NCBI GenBank assembly: GCA_944325105.1
Contig: CALUYW010000010.1
Coordinates: forward strand, 6,324 to 70,323
DNA from: Candidatus Gastranaerophilales bacterium
GTDB taxonomy: Bacteria; Cyanobacteriota; Vampirovibrionia; Gastranaerophilales; Gastranaerophilaceae
Length of the DNA: 64,000 bases
Direction of reading: 5' to 3'
Shown piece by piece: positions 7,464 to 17,592 of the stretch. The translations under genes and the position numbers were made by a program. The stretch's first letter is position 1. Every line of letters starts with the position of its first letter. The notes beneath the pieces were generated by a model. That model ran no database searches, was not told the origin of the DNA, and saw only the letters and a list, made by a program, of their open reading frames with translations.

Positions 7464-8810
7464 ATGGATGAGAATTTAGAATTAAAATTACATAATCTAA
7501 AAACAAAAGCCATAAACGCTCTTGAAAACACTCAACTTTACGGCTTTAAAGGTGCAGTATCAAAACTTTTGGGTCTAACGGTTGAAGTTAAACTACCGGG
7601 GCTTAAAATTGGCGACTTATGCTACATTCAAACTTACACGGGAGAAAAAAAAGCCGCCGAAGTTGTAGCATTTAAAGGTGACACGGCACAACTTTTGCTA
7701 TTGTATGACGGAGAAGGCATAGGACAAGGCAGCCTTGTTGAAACAACAGGCGGGCCTATTATGCTACCTGTTGGAGATTTTTTACTTGGCAGACTTATTA
7801 ACCCTCTTGGGGAGCCTCTCGACGGGCGTCCGCTTGACCTTACAAATGCCCAATATATGAACATAAACGGCACTATTCCTGACGCCTTTCATCGCCCCAT
7901 TATTAAAAACTCAATCTCAACAGGTATAAGGGTAATTGACTCACTTCTTACAATGGGTCAGGGGCAGCGTATGGGGCTTTTTGCGGGCTCTGGGGTGGGA
8001 AAATCCACTATGCTTGGTATGATAGCAAGAAACTCTGAAGCCGATATAAATGTCATGGCGTTGATTGGAGAACGCGGCAGAGAAGTAAAAGAATTTATCG
8101 AAAACTCACTTGGCCCCGAGGGCATGAAGCGCTCGGTTATTGTCTGCTCGACAGGTGATCAGCCGCCTCTTATCAGACAAAAAGCTCTTCTTGCGGCGAC
8201 TACGGTGTGTGAGTATTTTAGAGACCAAGGTAAAAAAGTATTTTTAATGACAGACACAGTAACTCGTTGCGCCATGGCGGGGCGTGAGGTTGGTCTTTCA
8301 ATCGGTGAACCTCCTACTATGAAAGGCTATCCACCTTCAATTTTTTCTTGGCTGCAGCGTGCGCTTGAACGTACAGGAAACTCTGAAAAAGGTTCAATAA
8401 CGGCACTTTACACCGTACTTATGGAGGGAGATGACATAACAGACCCTGTTGTAGATACTGTAAGGGGTATTGTTGACGGGCACATTTTCCTATCACGTAA
8501 AGTTGCAGAGATGAACCATTATCCTGCTATTGACCCTCTTGGTTCAATTTCAAGGTTATTTACGGAAATTACCGACAAAGAACATCAGGAAGCCGCGCAA
8601 AAAATGCGCCGTTTGCTTGCAATGTATAGAGAAAACAAAGACCTTATTGACGTTGGTATGTATCAGGCGGGCTCTAACCCGAAACTTGACATTGCAATTG
8701 AACTGATGCCGCAGATAAATGCTTTCTTGCAGCAAAAAGTTTCTGATACGGTTAGTATGGCAACCACCATAAAAACCCTTAAAGATATGATGCGAGGGGT
8801 AGAAGTTTAG
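7464..8810 (+). CDS. fliI: flagellum-specific (type III export) ATPase
   Basis: 448 aa. It has Walker A GLFAGSGVGKST, Walker B VFLMTDTVTR and an F1/T3SS ATPase core. The length of the N-terminal region before YGFKGAVSKLLGLTVEV matches FliI. Confidence 0.9.
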   Translation: MDENLELKLHNLKTKAINALENTQLYGFKGAVSKLLGLTVEVKLPGLKIGDLCYIQTYTGEKKAAEVVAFKGDTAQLLLLYDGEGIGQGSLVETTGGPIMLPVGDFLLGRLINPLGEPLDGRPLDLTNAQYMNINGTIPDAFHRPIIKNSISTGIRVIDSLLTMGQGQRMGLFAGSGVGKSTMLGMIARNSEADINVMALIGERGREVKEFIENSLGPEGMKRSVIVCSTGDQPPLIRQKALLAATTVCEYFRDQGKKVFLMTDTVTRCAMAGREVGLSIGEPPTMKGYPPSIFSWLQRALERTGNSEKGSITALYTVLMEGDDITDPVVDTVRGIVDGHIFLSRKVAEMNHYPAIDPLGSISRLFTEITDKEHQEAAQKMRRLLAMYRENKDLIDVGMYQAGSNPKLDIAIELMPQINAFLQQKVSDTVSMATTIKTLKDMMRGVEV

Positions 8811-9067
8811 GCTTCACTTGTTTTAAAATAATCGCAGATAAGTTTCTTTTTGGTATGAATTCTTAAAAGTTTTTTGATTTTTTCTTTAACAGAAGGTTTA
8901 TGACAAATTTTACCGTATTTTTGCATAAGCACTGCTTTTTTAATCAAAGTTTCATTATAAACCCTCTCTAAATTAGCATTTTCAGATATTTTGGGCTCCA
9001 GTTCTTTTAATTTTTTCTTACAGTTAATAATCTCAACCTTTAAGGCTTCTAATTTTTTCTTGTCCAT
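8807..9067 (-). CDS. small coiled-coil protein, unknown function
   Basis: I place the start at the internal ATG 9067 (MDKKKLEALK...), which has an AAGGA SD. The longer 134-aa version has an implausible Cys/Tyr/Phe-rich N-terminus that overlaps the neighbouring gene's start region. Confidence 0.45.
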   Translation of the reverse strand: MDKKKLEALKVEIINCKKKLKELEPKISENANLERVYNETLIKKAVLMQKYGKICHKPSVKEKIKKLLRIHTKKKLICDYFKTSEA

Positions 9068-9138
9068 ACAATCCTTAAACAACGGGGAATTCTGAAAATA
9101 TATTACAACATATTTACTCTTGAAAGTTCCTCTAAAAA

Positions 9139-11424
9139 ATGGAAAAAGTTTTGTTGCACAACAAGTATAATAATTATATGAAAAAGCGCACAATTGCATA
9201 TCTTCAAACACACTGGGACAGAGAGTGGTACAGAGAAAAAGAAGAGTTCAACTTGAGGCTTCTTGAGGTTTTTGACGAAGTTATAGAAGAACTAAAGAAA
9301 AACAACGCTCCCTGTTTTTATTTTGACGGGCAAACAAGCGCTATTATTGACTATTTAAAGTTCAGAGAAGAAAATCTCACTGACATTAAAAAACTCATAA
9401 AAGATAAAAAACTCTATATCGGGCCTTTTTTTGTAAGTGCTGACGCTTTTTTGGTGAATTTAAGATGTCTTATAAAAAACCTTGAAAAAGGTATGGAATA
9501 CTCAAAAAACCTTGGCTGCAGCGACTTTATAGGATATTTGCCCGACATTTTCGGACATTCAAGAGGGGTTTTTGAAGTTTTAAAAAAATTCAATATAAAA
9601 AACTCCCTCATCTGGCGCGCAACAGGCAGCATAAAAAATGAAATGAACCTAAGAGGCATACACACCACAAGGTTGAGCGAGGGGTATTTTATAGACATAT
9701 TGCACCAAAATTTGCCTGATGACGTTCTTGCTCAAAAGCTTGAAGAGATTTTAGATAAAATTGCAAAAAATTCTTCTGACACGCTTATTTTACCCCTTGG
9801 CGGCGACCATTTGGGAATTATAAAAAACGCATCGGAAAAAATTAAAAATATAAATAAATATCTGAAAAAATATGAAATAGAACTCTCGAGCCCTTTTAAA
9901 TATTTTAATGAAGTAAGTTTTAAAGGTGCTAAAAGCTACTGTGGAGAGTTTTTAGACAATTCTGACAGTAATATTTTAGGCGGGGTGTTTTCATCAAGAA
10001 TTTATCAAAAAGTGCAAAATGCCAAACTTATGCACAAAATTTCACGCATAATTGAGCCTCTGAATTTCTTTCTTAATCTGAATTATGACAAAAACATAAA
10101 CTACGCCTATGAACTTATTTTAAAAAACCATGCCCATGACTCAATTTATGGCTGCTCAACGGATAAAGTGCACAAAAATGTTGATATGCGCTTTGAAAAA
10201 GCAGATGAAATACTATCAGGGCTTGAAAAAAGATTTATAAGAGATTTTCATAAAAACACTAAAAAGCCTGATAAACTGGGTGTTTTTAACATGTCGGGAT
10301 ATAAAAACACAGGTGTTGTAAAATTTGTAAGCGAATATAAATTTAAAAACGCGCAAATAGTCTCAAAAACAAAAGGTTTTAGCGACTCAAAACTCTATGA
10401 CATAAGGCAGGTGCCCGTAACAGAGGATATTTTAACTCTTTATGAACAAATAGCCCAAGTTGAGCCGCAGCAAGGGTTTAGCTACAAAACTCACAATATT
10501 AAAAAACCTCAAAAAAAAGTTTTTGTAAAAGAAAACTCTGTTGAAAACCCTTATTTAAAACTGACTTTTAAAGACGGAAAAATCAACATTGAAGATAAAA
10601 TTTCAAAAAAAGTTTATAAAAATTTCCTCAAAATAACAGACACCAAAGACTACGGCGACAGCTACAACTATGCTCCCGCATCGCCGGAAAGTGTCATTGA
10701 ACCCATAAAATCAAAAATTATACAAAATGGTGACATACAAGGTGTATTGAGGATTTATTATAAAAATCTTGAACTTGATGTGATTTTAAACAATGAGAGT
10801 AAATTTTTTGAATTTTGTGCAAATATAAATAACAAAACTAAAAATCACAAACTACAGGCGGTCTTTAGGCTTGATAATTTAATCTTTGAAACATTTGCGC
10901 AGGATAATTTAGGGGTCATAAAAAGAGATTGTGACCCAAATTATTCACTTTATAAAAACCAGCCTGCAAAGCGCCCTGATGAACTTAAGACAAATTCTTT
11001 CCCCATGCTGAACTTTGTGCACGCTCAAGGTGTAAGCGTAATGGGCGAGGGCATAAACGAGTATGAAATATATAAAAAAGAGCTTAGGATTGCACTTTTA
11101 AGGGCTGCCGGAATTTTATCCAATCCAAAATGCGCCTCTCGTTCTATTCCTGCAGGGCCTCCTATAATAACAGAAGATTTACAATGTTTAGGACGCCACA
11201 AAATCCGCTTTGGGCTTTATTTTACAGATAATGTTTATAAAACTTACCAATATTTAGATGAGTTTTTGGGCACAAGTGTTTCTTTTGTACAAGATTGTGA
11301 AATTAAAGAAAAAACTTTTATGAAAATAAAGGAAAATCAAATATTCTATGGAATAAATGATAATAAAGAAGCAATTTTGTACGACATTAAAAAAGATAAA
11401 CTTGATTTTATAAACTTTACCTAA
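9139..11424 (+). CDS. glycoside hydrolase family 38-like protein (alpha-mannosidase / mannosylglycerate hydrolase-like)
   Basis: 761 aa. The N-terminal motif is IAYLQTHWDREWY, followed by YFDGQT and LPDIFGHS, all typical of the GH38 N-domain. The true start may be the ATG at 9178 (MKKRTIAYLQ). Confidence 0.72.
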   Translation: MEKVLLHNKYNNYMKKRTIAYLQTHWDREWYREKEEFNLRLLEVFDEVIEELKKNNAPCFYFDGQTSAIIDYLKFREENLTDIKKLIKDKKLYIGPFFVSADAFLVNLRCLIKNLEKGMEYSKNLGCSDFIGYLPDIFGHSRGVFEVLKKFNIKNSLIWRATGSIKNEMNLRGIHTTRLSEGYFIDILHQNLPDDVLAQKLEEILDKIAKNSSDTLILPLGGDHLGIIKNASEKIKNINKYLKKYEIELSSPFKYFNEVSFKGAKSYCGEFLDNSDSNILGGVFSSRIYQKVQNAKLMHKISRIIEPLNFFLNLNYDKNINYAYELILKNHAHDSIYGCSTDKVHKNVDMRFEKADEILSGLEKRFIRDFHKNTKKPDKLGVFNMSGYKNTGVVKFVSEYKFKNAQIVSKTKGFSDSKLYDIRQVPVTEDILTLYEQIAQVEPQQGFSYKTHNIKKPQKKVFVKENSVENPYLKLTFKDGKINIEDKISKKVYKNFLKITDTKDYGDSYNYAPASPESVIEPIKSKIIQNGDIQGVLRIYYKNLELDVILNNESKFFEFCANINNKTKNHKLQAVFRLDNLIFETFAQDNLGVIKRDCDPNYSLYKNQPAKRPDELKTNSFPMLNFVHAQGVSVMGEGINEYEIYKKELRIALLRAAGILSNPKCASRSIPAGPPIITEDLQCLGRHKIRFGLYFTDNVYKTYQYLDEFLGTSVSFVQDCEIKEKTFMKIKENQIFYGINDNKEAILYDIKKDKLDFINFT

Positions 11425-11493
11425 TCCTTAAAACTTGCCAAGACTTTAAAAATCTAATAATATTATAATATTCACACGAAATTAAGGGCAAAA

Positions 11494-12795
11494 ATGTCTA
11501 AGGGTTACAGTGCAAAATGGATAATAGCTTCTGATGGCAATCTCTATGAAGATTGCACTCTTGTTGTGGATGAGGGCAAAGTTGAGGGCATTATAAAAAC
11601 CTCCGAACTTAACAGAGATGAGTGTAAAAACGTCAAAGACTACGGCAGGTGTGTAATTACCCCCGGGTTTGTAAATTTACACAACCATCTTCAATATACT
11701 GATATAAACATCAAACAATGCGGCATTAAATACGCATTTAAAAAAGCTTACACACAGTTTAGAAAACATTATTTTATAGCCGGTATTAAGAAAAATTCAT
11801 TTGTGTGGAAATTAGCAGACCTTTTGAGTAAGTATTTTTGCCTAAGTTCGGATAATAAACTTGCTTCTTTTAAAAAAGGGCTTGAATTGTCGCTTTTAAG
11901 CGGTACAACTTGCGTTGCTCAACTGTCTAAAGAAAGCAAGTATTTTAAAGTTTTAAATGACTTGCCTATAAAAACCTATCTTTTCTTTGAGCTTTTCTCA
12001 GATTCTACCGAGAGCAGCAAAGAAGAATTCAGGTCTATTCAGAAAAAAATAGATAAACTGATAAAACAAAAATCCGAAAACACTTTTGTAGGCGTCGCTC
12101 CGCATAGTGTTTGCTCGGTGCATAAAAGATTATTTAAAATTCTTGTTAAATACTGCAGAAAAAACAATATTTTAATGACAATAAGAATATCTGAAAGCCA
12201 AGAAGAAAAAGACTGGCTTAAATATGGTTTTTCAGATATTGATTTGCTAAACGAATTTACGGGACAAAAGAAATTTGACCCAATATACAAAGGTGTGACA
12301 TCTGTTCAATACCTTGCTCAAATGGATGTAATAAATAAAAGACTTATCGCAAGTTACGGCAACTTTTTAAACGATGATGACCTTAAAATTTTAAAAGAAA
12401 ATAAGGTTGCACTTGCATATTGTCCAAGGGTAAGCAAAAATCTTCATGATAAAATGCTTGATTTTGACAAAGTGCTTGAATTTTTCCCAAACAGGTTTGG
12501 TTTTGGCACAAATTCTCTTGCATTTAATGAAGATATGAGCCTTTTAAATGAGCTTAGATATGTAAATAATGGCAGATTAGACGCACTTGAAGCCATAAGG
12601 TATCTTACAATTGTACCTGCTAAAATTTTAAGATTAGATAACATTATAGGAAGCCTTGAAGTTGGCAAAGACGCTGACTTTAATATTTTTGAACTTAATG
12701 AAAACGAAGACTACAAAAATGTTCTGGATAAATCACGCCCTGATTTTGTTTACATTAAAGGGCACAGAAAAGTTCACAAAGGCGAATTAAGATAA
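11494..12795 (+). CDS. amidohydrolase-superfamily deaminase/chlorohydrolase-like enzyme
   Basis: 433 aa. The metal motif is ITPGFVNLHNHLQYTD (HxH). APHS and a C-terminal GSLEVGKDADF motif fit the MtaD/SsnA/aminofutalosine deaminase group. Confidence 0.78.
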   Translation: MSKGYSAKWIIASDGNLYEDCTLVVDEGKVEGIIKTSELNRDECKNVKDYGRCVITPGFVNLHNHLQYTDINIKQCGIKYAFKKAYTQFRKHYFIAGIKKNSFVWKLADLLSKYFCLSSDNKLASFKKGLELSLLSGTTCVAQLSKESKYFKVLNDLPIKTYLFFELFSDSTESSKEEFRSIQKKIDKLIKQKSENTFVGVAPHSVCSVHKRLFKILVKYCRKNNILMTIRISESQEEKDWLKYGFSDIDLLNEFTGQKKFDPIYKGVTSVQYLAQMDVINKRLIASYGNFLNDDDLKILKENKVALAYCPRVSKNLHDKMLDFDKVLEFFPNRFGFGTNSLAFNEDMSLLNELRYVNNGRLDALEAIRYLTIVPAKILRLDNIIGSLEVGKDADFNIFELNENEDYKNVLDKSRPDFVYIKGHRKVHKGELR

Positions 12796-12811
12796 TAAAA
12801 ATATAATAAAA

Positions 12812-13414
12812 TTATTCAGGCAATGTTCTTGTATAAAGTCTTAATTTAATCTTGGCAATAAGAACTTTTTTATCTTTTTCCCAAGGATTTAATTCAATCT
12901 CGGCAAGGTTTGTAACGTATTTTTCTTTCATTACGGTTTTGAAGAATGTTTGAAACTCGCTATAAGAGCCGACTGCAACCATATTAAGCTCACAAGTATT
13001 ATATCCTTCAAGTTTTGCTGCAAATATAATATCATCTTCGGGAGTATAGTTGTAATCTATAGCACGAATTCTAATACCGCTTTGTTGCGCAATTGTTAAA
13101 ACAAGCTCAAATAAAGGTGCAAAAGAAGCATCGGAGCTAAACTGCATATCAGGTGCTTCAAATATTATCTTACCGTCTTTTACAACTTTCTTTTGTCTAT
13201 TTTGAGCATCCTGCTGCATTTTAAGCGCATTATACCGCTCTTGAACCTGTGTAAACTGGCTCTTGTTTGAATTCATTGATTTAACAGCACCAATTGTCTT
13301 TGAAAATTGGGGTATAACAAAGTTTATAAAAAGAACAAACACAAGAATAATCGGTAAAACATATACTGCGTTTTCTTTTAATATATTCAATATTATTTTT
13401 GATGTTTTGTCCAT
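12812..13414 (-). CDS. pilO: type IV pilus assembly protein PilO-like
   Basis: 200 aa. It has an N-terminal TM helix, a Gln-rich coiled coil and an alpha/beta C-domain. It lies directly downstream of the PilM-PilN fusion. Confidence 0.55.
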   Translation of the reverse strand: MDKTSKIILNILKENAVYVLPIILVFVLFINFVIPQFSKTIGAVKSMNSNKSQFTQVQERYNALKMQQDAQNRQKKVVKDGKIIFEAPDMQFSSDASFAPLFELVLTIAQQSGIRIRAIDYNYTPEDDIIFAAKLEGYNTCELNMVAVGSYSEFQTFFKTVMKEKYVTNLAEIELNPWEKDKKVLIAKIKLRLYTRTLPE

Positions 13415-13429
13415 TTTCTATCTTCCGGA

Positions 13430-15124
13430 TTAGTTGTTTATATCCACAGGTTGAAGCACTGTCGCAGGTGCAGTATCACTACTTTGAGACTGTTGCGGCT
13501 GCTGAGGTTGCTGGTTAGCATTAGCACCCTTATTGTTCTTACCGTCCTGTGCAGACTCGGCTTCTTTACTTCTTGGTGATACTATGTTTGATATTTCAAA
13601 GTCATAGAACTTTGCACCTAAATCGGGAGCTGCAATATCAAAATTATCACCGTTTACTTCTGTTAAAATCTGTAACTTGTTGAGTTTAATGCTTGATTGA
13701 GGAGAAATAACTTTTAAACTCTTATAATAATTGTAAATATCTGCAATATTAGCACTCACACCCTCTATTGCTACCTTATCCCCGTTTCTGTTGTAGTAGT
13801 ACTGCAACCATACAGACTGAGGAATATCTGTAGATATAGAGTCATAAAAGCTTATTGCGTTTTTGTTAATATCTATTATTTTAGTAACCAGAGTTTCAAT
13901 ATCTATAATGCCGCCTTGACCCATAATAGAACTAATCTGGTGTTGAATTTCAGAAGTTTTGTTTTGATATTCGGAGGCTTTCTTATTAATTTGGAATTCA
14001 ATCAAGTAAAATAATCCGTAAATCAAGAAACAAATAACCGCAAGAACGCCTGCCAGAGCAAGTAATGCTCTTCTTGCAAGCTCTTGATTAACAATAACTT
14101 CTTTATCAAAAAGTTGGAAAGTAAAATACGCCTCGCCAAATGAGTGCATTTTACTCAAAATGTTTAAATCAAGAATTTTCTCTTCCATATGTTCTGTGGC
14201 AAAAATACCAATAAGAGCATATGTCATTGCTGCAGCTTCATTCTCTATTACTGAAGAAGAAATGCTCACAGGAGGAATTTTTGAATATTTATTACTGTCA
14301 TGAGTAACTATTTCTTCATCAAAGGTAATTTGTGTTTTTAAAACTTCAGCACAAATTTCTTCAGATTGGCTTAATATAAATAATTTCTTTGCAGGGAAAT
14401 TCGGAAGAACTTGTGAAACAGAAGTAGCAATAGCCTGATACGCTTCTTCATAAGAAAAAGATTTAATTGCAAGAGGCACTTCTGTATAATCAACAAGTCT
14501 TGAACCTTGCATAGAAAACATTGCATAACTGTTTGAATTTACAAGCAACAGGTTCCAATTTGTGCTTTCGTCAATATCTTTACCAACAGCACCGGTAAAC
14601 CACAAACCGCGAATTGTTGCAGAATAAGAACTTTCAATACCTACAAGGTTTGAACCAAGTTCAAGAAATATATCTTTTATCTGGTTAACTGCCGTTTCTT
14701 GAAAAGAAGTATAGGCTATAACCCTTTTATCAGTTGTTGAATTTGTAACTAAATCAGCCCATGCACTTATTGGTTCAACTCTTTTAAAGATATATGAATC
14801 TTCCGCTTTTGATAGTATGGCATTACTTATCGCCTCATCACCAATAATAAGGGGCAGACTTTCAAAATCCAAATGCACGTTAGGTAAAGTCAAATACACA
14901 CTGGATTTTAAGCTTATATCAAGCTCTTTAAATAAATCTATAATTGTTGCCTTAAATATAGCGTAGTCCTGAATTTCCCTTGTCGCAAGGTTATATTCAA
15001 TAGGTCTTCTACCATACTTAACAACCGTAGGACTTTTTTTATCAAGCAGAGCAACCTCTACACCAATACTTGGTGTAACCGAAACTCCAACTATTTGTTT
15101 TGTAGAATTAACAAACTGTACCAT
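13430..15124 (-). CDS. PilM-PilN fusion protein (type IV pilus inner-membrane platform)
   Basis: 564 aa. It has an actin-like N-domain of about 340 aa, a TM helix LALAGVLAVICFLIYGLFYLI, a coiled coil and a PilN-like C-domain (KVAIEGVSANIADIYNYYKSLK), ending in a Gln/Pro-rich tail. Confidence 0.6.
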   Translation of the reverse strand: MVQFVNSTKQIVGVSVTPSIGVEVALLDKKSPTVVKYGRRPIEYNLATREIQDYAIFKATIIDLFKELDISLKSSVYLTLPNVHLDFESLPLIIGDEAISNAILSKAEDSYIFKRVEPISAWADLVTNSTTDKRVIAYTSFQETAVNQIKDIFLELGSNLVGIESSYSATIRGLWFTGAVGKDIDESTNWNLLLVNSNSYAMFSMQGSRLVDYTEVPLAIKSFSYEEAYQAIATSVSQVLPNFPAKKLFILSQSEEICAEVLKTQITFDEEIVTHDSNKYSKIPPVSISSSVIENEAAAMTYALIGIFATEHMEEKILDLNILSKMHSFGEAYFTFQLFDKEVIVNQELARRALLALAGVLAVICFLIYGLFYLIEFQINKKASEYQNKTSEIQHQISSIMGQGGIIDIETLVTKIIDINKNAISFYDSISTDIPQSVWLQYYYNRNGDKVAIEGVSANIADIYNYYKSLKVISPQSSIKLNKLQILTEVNGDNFDIAAPDLGAKFYDFEISNIVSPRSKEAESAQDGKNNKGANANQQPQQPQQSQSSDTAPATVLQPVDINN

Positions 15125-15233
15125 TTAAATATGTTTAACTCGTAAATAATACTGTATAATCTATTTTATAATACAATAATCACTGCAAATTAAAAACCTT
15201 TTTTAAAAAATATACTGCAAATGGAGTAAAAAA

Positions 15234-16010
15234 ATGGAAAATTCCTCTGACAAAACCAATAATTATATTTACGGAAAAAATTCCGTACTTGAAACAATCA
15301 GCCAAAACCCTAAAAGAATAAACAAAATTTTCTTTTCTGACGGCATAAATTTTGACAACAGATTAAAAAAAATAAAAGAACTTGCAGACAAAAATTCTAT
15401 ACAGATACAATTTACAAATCTTAATAAGTTTAATAAATATTTTCAAAACGGTGCAAATGAATTTAAAAATATAAATTTTCAAGGGGTAATTGCCTCTGTT
15501 TCTCCTGTCGAGTACTTGGATTTTGATGAATTTTTAAATAAAAAATCAAATGACTTTAGAAAAATTGTGATTTTAGACGGGGTTGAAGACCCTCACAATT
15601 TTGGTGCAATTTTAAGAACACTGGCTGCAGCAAAGTATGACGCGGTAATTGTACCAAAACACAGGAGCTGCCCGATAACCTCAACTGTTGAGAAAACTTC
15701 ATGCGGGGCAATAAATTATATTCCTGTAATAAAAACAAATAGCCTCCCGACTATTGTAGATGTTTTGAAAAAAAACGACTGGTGGATAATTGCAGCAGAC
15801 GGACAAAGTAAAGATAATTATTTTGACATAGATTACAAAAACATGAATTTTGCCGTTATACTTGGCGCAGAAGGGGAAGGGGTTTCTAAGACTTTGCTTA
15901 ACAAGGCTGATTTTAAAGTAAAAATACCATGTGCTATAGAATCACTAAATGTTTCAGTCACTTGTGCCGTTATAGTATATGAAAGTATAAGACAAATACA
16001 TCAAAAATAG
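15234..16010 (+). CDS. rlmB: SpoU/TrmH-family 23S rRNA 2'-O-methyltransferase (RlmB-like)
   Basis: 258 aa. It has IYGKNSVLE in the N-domain, LDGVEDPHNFGAILRT and the C-terminal SLNVSV knot motif. Confidence 0.82.
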   Translation: MENSSDKTNNYIYGKNSVLETISQNPKRINKIFFSDGINFDNRLKKIKELADKNSIQIQFTNLNKFNKYFQNGANEFKNINFQGVIASVSPVEYLDFDEFLNKKSNDFRKIVILDGVEDPHNFGAILRTLAAAKYDAVIVPKHRSCPITSTVEKTSCGAINYIPVIKTNSLPTIVDVLKKNDWWIIAADGQSKDNYFDIDYKNMNFAVILGAEGEGVSKTLLNKADFKVKIPCAIESLNVSVTCAVIVYESIRQIHQK

Positions 16011-16064
16011 TTTGTTTATATGTTAAAAAAATGTATAATAATTTAAGGCTTTTTGGAGAAGAAA

Positions 16065-17057
16065 ATGAAAACTAAAAGTTCAAAACATCATATAGAAGAA
16101 GAACTCACGGATGAAGTTTTTGAGATGGATGATATTAATAACCTTGAAGACGAAAATGAAGAATCCGAAGAGTTAAAAGTAAAACAAGAAGACTACAAAA
16201 CCATAAGCGCAGATGATTCCGTTAAGGTTTATCTGCAGCAAATAGGTAAGATTCCTCTTTTGTCTTTTGAAGAGGAATTGAAAGTTGCAAAAGAAATTAA
16301 AGAAAACAACTCACAAAAAGCAAAAGAAATTTTAATAAACGCAAATTTAAGGCTTGTTGTATCTATTGCTAAAAAATACATAGGCCGCGGACTTTCTTTT
16401 CTTGATTTAATTCAAGAGGGTAATATGGGGCTTATGAAAGCTGCCGAAAAATTTGACTACTCTAAAGGTTATAAATTTTCAACCTATGCCACCTGGTGGA
16501 TACAGCAGTCTATTACAAGAGGTATAGCAGATAAGTCACGTATGATAAGACTTCCTGTTCATATGATTGAGACTTTGGGAAAAATTAAACGCGCAACGGT
16601 TGAACTCTCTACCGAACTAAATCGTGTACCTACAAAAGAAGAGGTTGCTCACAGAATAGGCATGAGCCCTTCAAAATTGTCTGCTCTTATGAAAAGCGCA
16701 CAAAGCACAATAAGTATTGAAACACCTGCTAATCAAAAAGATGATTCATCTAAAATCGCCGATTTTATCATTGATGACTCTCATCTTACACCTGATACAA
16801 AAGTTACTCAGGAAAACCTTTTAACAGATGTGCATAAAATGCTTAATCAATTAAACCAAAAAGAAAAAGACGTGCTTATTATGCGCTATGGTCTTGATGA
16901 TAACGGACAAAAGAAAACTTTAGATGAAATAGGCAGCCGCTACGGTGTTTCTCGAGAACGTATAAGACAAATTGAAACTCGTGCCATTTCAAAACTCAAA
17001 AAACTCTGCAGAAATCAAAACTTGAGCGGCAACTTAAAAAACTACATTGGTTTATAG
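16065..17057 (+). CDS. RNA polymerase sigma-70 family factor, primary-like (regions 1.2-4)
   Basis: ATG at 16065 follows GGAGAAG; the ORF-track start at 16053 is TTG. Motifs are [47 protein letters not shown] and [16 protein letters not shown]. Confidence 0.9.
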   Translation: MKTKSSKHHIEEELTDEVFEMDDINNLEDENEESEELKVKQEDYKTISADDSVKVYLQQIGKIPLLSFEEELKVAKEIKENNSQKAKEILINANLRLVVSIAKKYIGRGLSFLDLIQEGNMGLMKAAEKFDYSKGYKFSTYATWWIQQSITRGIADKSRMIRLPVHMIETLGKIKRATVELSTELNRVPTKEEVAHRIGMSPSKLSALMKSAQSTISIETPANQKDDSSKIADFIIDDSHLTPDTKVTQENLLTDVHKMLNQLNQKEKDVLIMRYGLDDNGQKKTLDEIGSRYGVSRERIRQIETRAISKLKKLCRNQNLSGNLKNYIGL

Positions 17058-17089
17058 TTTAATGCGGCATAACAATCCTAAAATCGCTG

Positions 17090-17320
17090 TTACAAATCCA
17101 TTTTATCAACTTTAATAAGGTCTTCAACAGGAATAGTTAAAGCTTGTGCTATATTATTTATAGTCTCGATTGTCGGACTGTTTATGCCGCGCTCAATCAT
17201 ACTTATTGTTTTTTGATTTAACCCTGAAAGCTCTGCCAATTTTTCTTGTGAAATATTTAATCTTGTTCTCTCAAGTTTTAACTTTAAACCAAATTTTTTT
17301 GTAAACTCACCTTTTTTCAT
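17090..17320 (-). CDS. XRE-family helix-turn-helix transcriptional regulator
   Basis: The HTH is LKLERTRLNISQEKLAELSGLNQKTISMIERGINSPTIETI. I take the start at ATG 17320 (MKKGEF). An alternative ATG at 17344 gives 84 aa. The 147-aa version adds an unlikely hydrophobic N-extension. Confidence 0.75.
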   Translation of the reverse strand: MKKGEFTKKFGLKLKLERTRLNISQEKLAELSGLNQKTISMIERGINSPTIETINNIAQALTIPVEDLIKVDKMDL

Positions 17321-17337
17321 AAAATAATTGTATTGTA

Positions 17338-17366
17338 TTGACATATTTTTCTCAATTACATATAAT
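17338..17366 (+). promoter_or_regulatory. consensus sigma-70 promoter pointing away from the XRE gene
   Basis: TTGACA (17338-17343), exactly 17 nt of spacer, TATAAT (17361-17366). Confidence 0.5.
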
Positions 17367-17389
17367 ACCTGTATAAGTATTATATGTAA
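17356..17389. promoter_or_regulatory. perfect 13-bp inverted repeat (candidate operator)
   Basis: TTACATATAATAC (17356-17368) and GTATTATATGTAA (17377-17389) are separated by 8 nt. Each arm contains a TATAAT for one strand. Confidence 0.55.
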
Positions 17390-17592
17390 TAAAATTATGA
17401 ATAAAAACCTAAAAAAAGATATTTTATATTTGTCAAAAAATTTTTCCATTATGAAATCACTAATAAATATTTTAGAAAATATTGTTTCAGATAACTGCAA
17501 TATATCTGAAACAGACATAGCAAATCTTTGCACACAAATACAAATACTTAGTATTAAGTGTTCAAAAAATATAGAAAATATGGAAATAAAAC

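Noticed and set aside
8807-9211. The 134-aa version of the small coiled-coil ORF.
   Set aside because: The first 48 residues are Cys/Tyr/Phe-rich and overlap the divergent GH38-like gene's start region. The internal ATG at 9067 has an AAGGA SD.
17090-17533. The 147-aa version of the XRE regulator, and the 91-aa plus-strand ORF 17328..17603.
   Set aside because: The long XRE form adds a hydrophobic N-extension ahead of the HTH, and it would place the promoter and operator palindrome inside the coding sequence. The 91-aa ORF begins upstream of the predicted plus-strand promoter. Only its shorter 68-aa form (from 17397) remains as a weak candidate.
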